Positions 51,706 to 62,745 of a stretch of 64,000 nucleotides of DNA are shown piece after piece (position 1 is the stretch's first letter; each line of letters opens with the position of its first letter). The position numbers were made by a program, and so were the translations under genes. The stretch is from Raja brachyura (lineage: Eukaryota), in assembly GCA_963514005.1 (NCBI GenBank), contig OY740803.1:20150001-20214000 (forward strand), read 5' to 3'. The notes under the pieces are model-generated. The model had not been told where the DNA came from and made no database searches. It worked only from the letters and a program-made list of their open reading frames with translations.

Positions 51706-52980
51706 ACGAATCCATTGATTGTGAAGTCACTTCCTTCTGTTCATTGTTACTGTATAACATGTATGGAGACATGCATGCAGTTGAATTCACATCTTAATGT
51801 TGAGTATACATGGTGCTTTGTCCAGCATGACCTTCTGTATTCCTCAATGGACCAGAGTGGATCTTATTGCTTAGAAGTAATAATATCTTGAGGGATAGGC
51901 CAGGCTTTGAGGTTACAAATTATGGCAGTAATGTCAATGTGAAGCAAAATGTGTGCACAATGTTTTGATGATATGATGAAATTTCATCAGTGACCACAGG
52001 AAAAAAGTTGGTGAAAACTTGAAGTCATCAAACAGCTATCACCTGCTAGACTCATTAGACTTGAGAGAAACAGCATGGAAACAGGCCCTTTAGCCCACCG
52101 AGTCCGCACTGACCTGCGATCATCTCATATGCTAACCTTCTCCTACACATTAGGGACAATTTGCAATTTACAGAAGCCAACTAACCTACAAACCTGTATG
52201 TCTTTTGAGTGTGGGAAGAAACCAGAGGACTCAGAGAAAACCCACGCAGTCACAGGGCAAATGTGCAAGCTCTATTCAGACAGCACCCGTGGTCAGGATC
52301 AAACCCAGGTCTCTGGTCTGCAAGGCAGCAGCTGTACAATTGTGGCACCATGTCACCCGCCTCCTTTGATAAAAACAGAAAATGCCCAAAATACTCAGCA
52401 GGTCGGGCAGCATCCGTGGAAGGAGAAACAGAATGAGCATTTCAGGTTGGGAACCCTTCCTTAGAGCTGGTCTTCCTTCATCTTCCTAATCCTAATGAAA
52501 GATCTTCAACCTGAAATGTTAATTTTGCTTCTCTTCCCATGGATGTTGCCTGACTTGCTGAGTAGCTCCAGCATTTTCTGTTTATATTTCAGAGTTCCTT
52601 CACCTGCAATATTTTGTTTGTTTTTGTAGCCTCGTTTGATTTGAAGACCAAAAAAGTAGATACATACCATGAGCAGGAAGACTGCAGAAGGAAACTATAT
52701 TCTGGACGATACTGCAGTGAATGATAAGTCAATAGATTTTTTACTGCAACTTTTGCTGCAGAACCAAAGATCAGACCGCAACTTTGCAAAATAATCTGCA
52801 GCCAGTGAATAAATGAAAAGGGAGAACATAGAACATAGAACAGAGAACACAGAACTTAGAACAGTATAGTACAGTATAGTATAGTATAGTATAGGAACAG
52901 TTCATTTGGCCCACAATGTCTGTCCCGAATATTATGCCTAGACAAACTATTATCTGCCTGCACATGTTCCTTATCCTTCC

Positions 52981-53409
52981 TTCTTTTCTTAGGCCCCCTT
53001 CGGTCATGGCTGACCATGGGTGTCTGCAGGGTGTTATTCCCTATATGGAGGACGCCAGTGCGTGACTTTATTTAATGTGGGGAGACTGGTGCACAAACAG
53101 CCACCCCACAGTCCATGACAGATCTGGGTCAGGATCCAGTGGCATGGAGTCCAAGACGACTGGAGACCCTTTTCTGCTGCAGCCTTCATCCACCTTCCTA
53201 GCCGTTGTGAAGCTCCACAAAGGTCAGCCATCGTCCTCTGCTTGTTCCACTATTGAGGTCTTGGTTGGATTGCTCATTGTCAAAGACCTCCCCCTCGACC
53301 TTACCGCCATGGGTGGCCCTACCAGGACCATAGCTCCAGGCGGCATCACTCTCAGGATCTCAGGTCCACACAAGCTTCTCCACCACGATAAGGTGACAAT
53401 CCACGGAGA
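52981..53409 (-). mobile_element. Bipartite RTE (Expander/Rex3-like) non-autonomous element
   Basis: The minus-strand start GTCACCTTATCGTGGTGGAG..CCTGGTAGGGCCACCCATGGC resembles RTE 5'UTRs. Ends in an AAGAA-type tail; TSD ATCCTTCC/ATCCCTCC (52973-52980 and 53410-53417) inside a CR1 tail. Confidence 0.6.
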
Positions 53410-53575
53410 ATCCCTCCATTCCATGCATATCTATGTACTTATCCAAAAGCCTCTTAAACACCACCATCTTATCGGCTTCCACCACCACCCCTGGCAGGGC
53501 GTTCCAGGCATTCACCGCATTCTGTGTTGAAAGCTTGCTCCCCAGGTCTCTTTTAAACTCTCCCCCTCTCATCTT

Positions 53576-56500
53576 TTTATTTTAATTTTATTTTATTTAA
53601 CCTTTATTTAACCGGGAGAAGTCTCATTGGGATTAAAAATCTCTTTTACAAGAGAGTCCTGGCCAAGACAGGCAGCAGCACAGTTCCCCAGTTACAGACA
53701 ATAATTTAAAAACAACAGAGAACATATAAATAGAGTCACAGTCATACCATCATCAAACAAAGCATGTGCAGACAGAAGAGCCCGCTTCAACATCATTAAG
53801 AGGAGATTTATAGAAACCAGCTCCTTAAGTTTCAGTTCATTCTGCAGCTGGTTCAATGTGAAGGGAGCAGCATAACTAAATGCCCTTTTCCCCAATTCAG
53901 TAGGGACATTAGGTACAGTTAGTAAGAACAAGTCCTCAGAGCGGAGCTGATAAGTTCCTGTGCTTTTTCGAATTACATACTTCTGCAGGTATGAAGGAAG
54001 AACACCGAAGATAGTCTATAAATAAGCCAATGCCAATGCAAATAAACCAAATAAGCCATATGCCAATGATGGAGTCTGCGGGTGGACAGGGCAAACCATC
54101 CAACTTGAGCTTACAAAGAGCAGTGGTACGTGAGGGTTTTAAAATTAGTAACAAATCTCAGTGCTCCGTGGTAGACCGTGTCCAAAGACTGTAGGCATTT
54201 TGAAGATGCATTCATATATAAAACATCACCATAGTCCAACACAGACATAAACGTTGCAGCAACAAGTCTTTTTTTGGCTTCAAAAGAAAAACGAGATTTG
54301 TTTCTAAAGTAAAAACCTAATTTTATCTTTAGTTTTTTTACAAGTTGCTGGATATGAGATTTAAAAGAGAGAGAATCATCAATTATAATTCCCAGATATT
54401 TATATTGAGACACAGATTCAACCACAGAGCCCTGCAAAGTGGTGATAGAAGGGAGGTCCGAGGGCTTTGATTTAGCTTTAGTGAACAGCATGAGCTTTGT
54501 CTTGTCAGCATTTAAAACAAGTTTTAAATCACACAGGTTACGTTGCATAGTGTTAAAAGCAGTTTGGAGCTGACAGAGAGCCTGATTTGGGGTAGACGCA
54601 GAGCAATATATCACTGTGTCGTCAGCATAAAAGTGAAAATTTGCGTTCGCTGCTTTATGATCTAGACTATTAATATAAATAGTAAATAATAATGGTCCTA
54701 GAACCGATCCCTGAGGCACACCCTTAGATACATTAAGAGAGCTAGAAGTAATACCTTCAGCTCGCACACACTGGGATCTGCCTGATAGATAGTTTTTAAA
54801 CCAACAGACAGCTTGATCAGACAAACCGATGCTGCATAGTCTTTGTAACAATAAGGCATGATCCGCAGTATCAAAAACCTTTGATAGATCAACGAAAAGG
54901 GCTGCACAGTGTTGCTTATTGTCTAAAAATTCAATAAAATCATTTACTACTTTTAAAGCAGCTGTTGACGCAGCAACCAGTAGCAGCTTTTAAAGCAGCA
55001 GCAGCTGGTAGCAGCCAGTTCCTAAAACCAGATTGAAATTCAGATAAAATACTGATAGTTGATTAAAAAGTCCATCAGTTGTTGGTTTACAATGGATTCC
55101 AGCACCTTACTTAAAACAGACAGTTTGGAGATGGGCCTATAGTTGTTTAGCACAGTGGGGTCCCCCCCCCCCCCCCCCCCTTTAAACAGTGGGAGAACAA
55201 AGGCAGATTTCCAAATAAGGGGAATTCCGTTTGTCTCCAGGGATAGATTAGAAAGATAAGTCAGAGGCAATGCAATAAAATCAGCGGCTAACTTTAGCTC
55301 AAGGCTCAAGGTTGTCGGGACCTGCCGATTTTTTAATGTGCCTAGGTCTGTCTGTGTCTAAACATCTCAGGGCCTTCTGCACCTCTGAAAGTGTAACAAC
55401 GTCAAAAGTAGAGGCATGTCCCTCAAAAAAACAACTACTATCAGAGCAAGCAGAGGAGCCTTGAGCTGTGTTTTGAGAGTTAAACAGAGAACCAGAGGCA
55501 ATGAAATGCTCATTAAAACAACCAAGCATGTCGGCCTTTTCATAAATTTGCGTAGAGTCTTTGACAATGCATGGAGGTAGCTCAATAACATTTTTATTTC
55601 CAGTTATTGATTTAATGGTTTTCCAGAATTTCAATGGATTGTTTAGGTTATTTGAAGTTTCAGTAAGGAAATGATCATATAACATATAACATATAACCAT
55701 ATAACAATTACAGCACGGAAACAGGCCATCTCGGCCCTTCAAGTCCGTGCCGAACAACTTTTTCCCTTAGTCCCACCTGCCTGCACTCATACCATAACCC
55801 TCCATACCCTTCTCTTCCATATGCCTATCCAATTTATTTTTAAATGATACCAACGAACCTGCCGCCACCACTTCCACTGGAAGCTCATTCCACACCGCTA
55901 CCACTCTCTGAGTAAAGAAGTTCCCCCTCATGTTACCCCTAAACTTCTGTCCCTTAATTCTAAAGTCATGTCCTCTTGTTTGAATCTTCCCTATTCTCAA
56001 AGGGAATAGCTTGTCCACATCAACTCTGTCTATCCCTCTCATCATTTTAAAGACCTCTATCAAGTCCCCCCTTAACCTTCTGCGCTCCAGAGAATAAAGA
56101 CCTAACTTATTCAACCTATCTCTGTAACTTAGCTGTTGAAACCCAGGCAACATTCTAGTAAATCTCCTCTGTACCCGCTCTATTTTGTTGACATCCTTCC
56201 TATAATTGGGCGACCAAAATTGTACACCATACTCCAGATTTGGTCTCACCAATGCCTTGTACAATTTTAACATTACATCCCAGCTTCTATACTCAATGCT
56301 CTGATTTATAAAGGCCAGCATACCAAAAGCTTTCTTTACCACCCTATCTATATGAGATTCCACCTTCAAGGAACTATGCACGGTTATTCCCAGATCCCTC
56401 TGTTCAACTGTATTCTTCAATTCCCTGCCATTTACCATGTAAATGGTAACCAGCTTTGATCAGCTTTGGCTTTTCTAATTGCAACTGTGCTTGCATTTCG

Positions 56501-57279
56501 CAGCTGCCTAAAGAGCAACCAGCCTGATCCTAGACCAATACTCCTGGCTTTAGACCATGCCACATTGCGCTCATGGAGTAAATTGGATAACTCTGACGTG
56601 AACCATGCATTATCCCTGCCCTTTATTCTATACTTCCTAAAAGGAGTGTGCTTGTTAACAATTTCAATAAAACCATCATAAAAGAATTTCCATGCATTTT
56701 CAATATCAGAAATTACATGAATTTTCTCCCAGCTAAAGAGAAACAGGTCATGAAAAAATGCTTGCTCCACAAAATGTTTCATGTCCCGCTTTATGATGAC
56801 ACGCGGTTTGGTTTTAGGAACTTTTGTATTTCTTACTGTTGCAATGATACAGTGGTCACCGATGTCATTGGCAAAAACAGAAGCAGCAGAATATTTATGA
56901 GGAACATTAGTTAAGATAAGATCAATTAAAGAAGATTTTTCCCGACATTTCAGATTAGGTCTAGTAGGACTGTCAACAATCTGAAAGAAATTAAACGAAT
57001 CACAAAATGCTTTAACATCATCTGATGCTGGTAGCAGCCAGTTCTAGTTTAAGTCACCAATAAGAACAATTTCATTAAAGTTCAACCCGGATAAAAGCTC
57101 CATTAAAGATGGTAAGCTGATAGCTGAAGGTGGCCTATAGCAACCGATGACAGTGATGTGGAGAGTTTTTGAGATTTCCATGTCAAGAGCCAGACGTTCA
57201 AATTGTTTACTCACTGATGTAGAGAGACAGATCTTCACATGAAACTTAGATTTGACATAGACTGCGACCCCTCCGCCCT
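53576..57279 (-). mobile_element. L2-group LINE (endonuclease + RT), 5'-truncated, interrupted by CR1
   Basis: IGCYRPPS, IGDLN, NYRPISKLS, GVPQGSVLGPLLF, FYADDT and YKYLG. Ends with AATAAAGGTTAAATAAAA; TSD ATCTT (53571-53575 and 57280-57284). Confidence 0.85.
55678..56456 (-). mobile_element. Young 5'-truncated CR1, same subfamily as 25661-29906
   Basis: Uninterrupted 223-aa ORF2 C-terminus, (GTTATAT)n tail, TSD TGATCA (55672-55677 and 56457-56462). The host reading RKAKAD|HFLTET is restored when it is removed. Confidence 0.9.
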
Positions 57280-57954
57280 ATCTTAAAGCAATGCCCTATA
57301 GTATTGGATATTTCCATCCTGGGAAAAAGGTTCTGACTGTCTCCCCAACTATTCCTTTCTTTTATATACTTTTATCAGGTCTTCCCTTAGCCTTCAGCAT
57401 TCCGGAGAAAACATTCCTAGTTTGTCCAACCTCTCTTTGTAGCTAATAACCTCAATTCCACAAATCATCCTGACCTGTTTCTCCGAGTTGTTTTCAGGCA
57501 ATTATATCATCCCATCACCAACCAGAGTACAATTCTGAGCTACTATCAACGTCACCGGTGACCCTTAGACTATCTTTAAGTGGCATTTACTGGACTTTAT
57601 CTCACACTAAATGTTATTTATTTGATCATATATCCGTACACTATGGACGGCTTGATTGTAAACATGTATAGTCCTTCCAGTACAAGCAACAAAAAAGCTT
57701 TTCAATGTGTCTCAGTACATGTGACAATAAACTAAACTAAACTAAACTAAATTTGGGCATCGATTGAGTTACTCCAGCATTTTGTGTCTATCAATTCTTG
57801 ATTGTTGCATGAAACAAACTTCCTCCAGGGATATATCGCTAATTGTGTGATATTCGTCTCTCCATCTCTGTTTTTAAAGTATGAAAATGTGCTTACTGCT
57901 GACTGATCACTTGATGCCTGTACTGACAATATTTTTGATTGTGCAATTTTACAG

Positions 57955-58299
57955 GACACATTATTTCCCAGTCTCCACGTGCCATATATGCAGAAAGAGG
58001 AGAATCAGTTTCAATAACCTGTGAAATCACATTTACCGAAGGAAGGCTAGTCGGCACTAAATTACTAAGGAATCCTATAAATCCAAAGGATCTGTGCTAT
58101 GTCCACGTAGATGCAGTGTACATAGAAGAAACGCACAGGCTTCGTCTGGAGTGCAATAGGACAAATGATGCAAAAAGGATCAACATTACTCTCAGAAATC
58201 TCCAGAAAAACGACACTGATATTTACTATTGTTGTTTTGGGATAGAGAACGGTAGATTACATGACTTCAAAGCTGAAGGAACAGTGCTTATTGTATCAG
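57955..58299 (+). CDS. Gene 2 IgV exon, CD28/CTLA4/ICOS- or CD7-like receptor (partial gene)
   Basis: Acceptor TTTTACAG| at 57954, donor CAG|GTACAG at 58300, phase 1/1. Translation ISQSP..GESVSITC..GTKLLR..DLCYV..LECN..INITLRNLQKNDTDIYYC..AEGTVLIVS. No C-strand Trp, an extra Cys pair and a TDIY(Y/F)C motif, as in CD28. Confidence 0.8.
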
Positions 58300-58398
58300 G
58301 TACAGGAGTTTTATGCATCAAATATTCATGCAGTATTATATACTGAAATAGACCTGATAATTAAAACTATGTGTGGGAAGCCACTGCAGATGCTGGTT

Positions 58399-58550
58399 NN
58401 NNNNNNNNNNNNNNNNNNNNNNNNNNNNNNNNNNNNNNNNNNNNNNNNNNNNNNNNNNNNNNNNNNNNNNNNNNNNNNNNNNNNNNNNNNNNNNNNNNNN
58501 NNNNNNNNNNNNNNNNNNNNNNNNNNNNNNNNNNNNNNNNNNNNNNNNNN
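58399..58550. other. Assembly gap (N run)
   Basis: 152 N bases, starting 100 bp after the gene 2 V exon. Confidence 1.
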
Positions 58551-60060
58551 TGTGTCATTTTGCCTTTGAAACATATCTCTTCGAAAACCAGATGCAAAAA
58601 CGGGGAGATTTTTACATATTTCGCCAGGGATTTACCTTATGATTTCAGAAGTCCACTCCTCTCTAAATTTGGTAAATTATTTCCCCAGATTTTGAATACA
58701 ATTGTTCACAAAACTCACTTAAAAAAATAATTGCTGCTTGCTAGCTGATCACATCACAATGTCCACATGCCCACCAATCGAAGCCCATCTGCCTCCTGGC
58801 CCCACCCCACCCCACCCACCCCCCCCCCCCCCGCCGCTGTGGATGAATGCAGCCACTGTCAGCATGCATGCGCTGTTTCCAACGAGGTAATTTACTCCAC
58901 GCACCCTCCCCCCTCATTCTTCAAAGGGCGCAAAAAGAATGAGAAAATTCTGCAGCAATGATCCTACAGCTCCGCTCCGCTATAGGATGTTTGTTCTGCA
59001 GATCGCGAGGTCAGCGGCACTCACATGCTGAAGAAGGTTCTCGTCACTGTTGGCGCAGCTTGTGAAGCCATGCCCCTCATATCCCCTGCCTGCCCGCCAG
59101 CCCGCTCACTTAGCCGCAAGTTTCCAGAGAGTCAAGCCACTTCTGAACCTCTCTGCTGTTCACAGCCCACTCACTCGCCCAGCTCCCCTCCACCTCCACC
59201 CTCCCCCCCCCCCCCCCTCCTCTTCTCACCTCCTCCTCTCTCCTCTCTATCCGTCACAGGGGACAACCTCCTCTCCGGGGAGGCCCAATCGTCTGTTCCC
59301 CCCCCCCCCCAGCCCGGCCCGGCTCTGTCACGCTGGTGGGTGCACTTCCCCTTGTGGAAGCCATGATCGGTTGGCCCCCCGCTGTTTTTCACCATCCTCA
59401 GATAGCTCCGGGCCCCACTCTGGTACACGCCTGCCACAGCCTAGCTGGGGCCCGGCACCTGGTGGGAAGGAAGGCTCTACGACCTAGGTAGGCGCTGCCT
59501 CTATCCCCCCCCCACCCTGAACCCTCTGCCCCCTCCCAGAGAGGGTGGCTAGGAGAGGGAGGAGGAGAGGGAGGAGAGGAGGGAGAGGGAGGAGGGGAGA
59601 GGGAGGAGGGGAGAGGGAGGGGGGATGGGGCCATCCCTCTCTGTCCCCCTCCCTCTTTGCCCCCCTCCCTCTCTGCCCTCCCCTTCCTCTCTGCCCCCCT
59701 CCTCTCTAAGGCGTGGTGAATATTGGGACCTATGGGTGAGTGGTGGAGAATTGCGTTCAGGAACCAGCCCTCCCCTGTGATGCCATGCCCTCCGACCCCC
59801 CACTCACTACCCCCTCCCCTTCCCTCTCCACCACACCCCTCTCTATCCGCGCCTGCGCAGTTGGGGGTTATGCATGAGTGGATAGGGCAGGGGTAAAAGG
59901 AGCAAATGAATATTAATATAATATCAAGGTGGGGGTTAGTGTGTGGAGGGGTGGTGAGCGTATATGTGACACCTAAGGCCACCCCCCCCCCTTGCAACCG
60001 CACATTGGGGAAACACTTGGTCTGTTATACTTTTAAAACTGTGTGTGTCTGTGTGTGTGT

Positions 60061-60092
<32 letters not shown>

Positions 60093-61795
60093 CTGTGTGT
60101 CTGTGTGTCTGTCATTTTGCCTATCTCCGTTGTGAGATATAAAAAAATCACAAATGCTGTTTGAGACAAAGTCAGCAAAGAAGCTTTTATTAAGATAATA
60201 TTCTGCAGAATAGGTGCCTCTCCTTTGCTGTCCCCTAGAGGCACACCGAGGGTCGGGATGTATTCTATCTTTATACATTTCATTACATTATAGCCACACC
60301 CTCTTTTCTCACCATTTTGCCTCTTTTTAATTATAACATAAAGCCCACATTCCCACGAGAAAGTCCAGGAACGCCTCGGAACATCTCCTGACGTCAAAGG
60401 CTTATACTGAAGTTTCTATCTGCTACTTTTTATCTCAAAGTTCTCTCTGTGCTCTGTTCTATCTGTCGTTACTTTCTATCTCAAAGTTCTCTCTATCTGT
60501 CGTGACTTTCTATCCCACTAACAGTCTGGCTTTGTTGAAACCTTATTTCTTTCTAAGCTACATTTTTTCTATTCCTAGTTTAAATCAACCATGTCTGTTA
60601 ACCCCTTTTCTCACATCCGTGAAACGTATCTCCTTGAAAACCAGACGCCGAAACGGGGAAATATTTACATATTTCAGTAGAGATTTTGTACAGTAGAGAA
60701 TCTGTACATTCGGTACATTATTTTCCCGGCTTTTCTATTATTCTTTTCTTTTAATCTGACCACTGCCCAGCTGCTGACATTACAATAACAGTGAAATTTT
60801 TACACCTTGTGGTAGAAATGTTCCTAATGATTTCAAAAATCCACTCCTCTATAAATCTGGTCAATTATTTCCTGAGATATTTACTAAAAGTTATCACCAA
60901 ACTGACATTAAAAAATATATAACGGTTGCACAGATGCAGACCTCACAATGCCTTTCCTCGTGTCCCCGCCGCCCCTCCCCCCACAGCTCTGGATGAATGC
61001 AGCTGCTGTCAACGTGCATGTGCAGTTTTCCACGAGGTACGTTAGCCCCCCCCCACCTCCCCCCCCCCCCCCGCTCTTCAAAACGCGCAGAACGACGGAG
61101 CATTCTGCAGATCCAGAGGTCACAGCGCTCCCTCACAGCCACTCACTCGAGGCATCACTTGCTCACAGCCACTCGCTCGAGGCGTTGCTCACAGCTGCTT
61201 CCTCACAGCCGCTCGCTTGAGGCGTCGCTCACAGCTGCTTCCTCACAGCCGCTCGCTCGAGGCATCGCTCTCAGCCGCTCCCTTACAGCTGCAACCTCAC
61301 AGCCGGAGGCCACCGGCTTGCTTCTGAATCCTCTCCATCTCCCCCGCCCGATCGTAGAACATGTCGGTGGCGGCAGTCGTTATCGTTGTGCGGGGTACGC
61401 GATGAGAAGGTGGCCCTGGTGGCCATTACTCCCTCTGGGAAACCTGCAAGGACATTGGGAATTATGACATGAGAGCTGCTGAGGCTCTCCATGCCGCCCA
61501 AGGTCCAGAGAACTGCCGAGGCTCGCTGCCCTTTCGCAGTCAGCCCCATCCGAGCAGCCCACTCGCCCAGTTCAAGTCTGCCCTCTCCCTCTCTCTCCCC
61601 ATCTTCTCCTCATCCTCCTCCCCACTCCCCCCTCTCTACCTCTCCCCACTCTTCTCCCTCTCCCCCTACCCATCCCCCTTACCCTCTCCACCTCCTTCCC
61701 TACTCTTCCCCCTCTCTCCACCCTCCCTCCCCTCTCTCCCCTCTCCCCCCTCTCCTCCCCCTCTCTCCCAACAGGTCTGCACACTGTATACTTTT

Positions 61796-61827
<32 letters not shown>

Positions 61828-62745
61828 CATTTTGCCTTTGAAACGTATATCCTCGAAAACCAGACACCGAAACGGGGAAATATTACATACTTCAGTGCAG
61901 ATTTTCCTTGTGATTTAGAAATGCTCTCCTCTGTACATTTGGTACATTATTTTCCCGACTTTTAAAATTAAAATGATCTGACTTTTTTTAAAAATCTGAC
62001 CGCTGCCCAGCTACTGATTTTTTTACATCTTCTGGTAGATTACGATTTCAAAAATACAATCCTCTATAAATTTGAAGATATTTGCTAAAAGTTATCACCA
62101 ATGACACTTTAAAAAAAAAATAAAGACTGCCCAGCTGCTGACCTCACAATGCCTTTTCTCGTGGGCCACACCCCTCATATCGCTCTGGATGAATGCAGCT
62201 GCTGTCAACACACATGTGCAGTTCTCCACGAGGTACATTAGGCCTTATTCAAAAGGTGCAGAGAGAATGAGAAAGTTCTGCAGCTCCTCCCCTCTCTTCC
62301 CTCTCCCCTCTACCCGTCACAGGGGACGACCTCCTCTCTGTGTCCGCGGCTCTGTAGCGAGTGGTGAATATTGGGACCTATAGGCGAGTGGTGGAGTATT
62401 CCATTCTGGAACCAGCCCTCCCCTGTGAAGCTGCGTCCCATCCATCAATCTCTACCCCCCTCCCGCTCCCTCTCTATTCCCCGCCCCCTCCCTCTCCACC
62501 ACCCCATCTCTCTAGCGCCTACGGAGTTGGGGGTTATGCGTGAGTGGATAGTGCGGGGGCTGGGGTAAAAGAAACGAATGAATAATATTAATATAATATC
62601 AAGGGGGGTTAGTGTGTGTGTGCAGTGGTTAGTTTGTGTGTGTGTGTGTGACGCCAAAGGCCACCCCGCCCCCCATCCCTCCCCCCCCCCCCCCCCGCAA
62701 CTGCTCGTTGAGGGGACAGGACCCAATGGGTCCCCATTGGTCAGT
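58551..62745 (+). mobile_element. Head-to-tail array of three related non-autonomous Helitron-like units
   Basis: The unit head TATACTTTTAAAACT(GT)nCATTTTGCC recurs at about 60026 and 61787, and partly at 58551. The internal motif TCGAAAACCAGA..AAACGGGGA is repeated. A terminal hairpin GGACCCAATGGGTCC at about 62719-62733 is followed by a degenerate GGTC(T)AGT end. Confidence 0.55.
61126..61305 (+). repeat. Minisatellite (CTCACAGCCGCTCGCTCGAGGC-like units)
   Basis: About eight imperfect CTCACAGC-anchored tandem units. Confidence 0.8.

Noticed and set aside
57955-58400. Gene 2 V exon as a rearranging Ig/TCR V segment
   Set aside because: The exon includes its own G strand and ends in a splice donor. 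There is no heptamer-spacer-nonamer RSS, no WYxQ motif, and the leader intron is 9 kb.
61126-61305. Regularly spaced repeats resembling a CRISPR array
   Set aside because: The context is eukaryotic, there are no unique spacers and no cas genes; this is a minisatellite.
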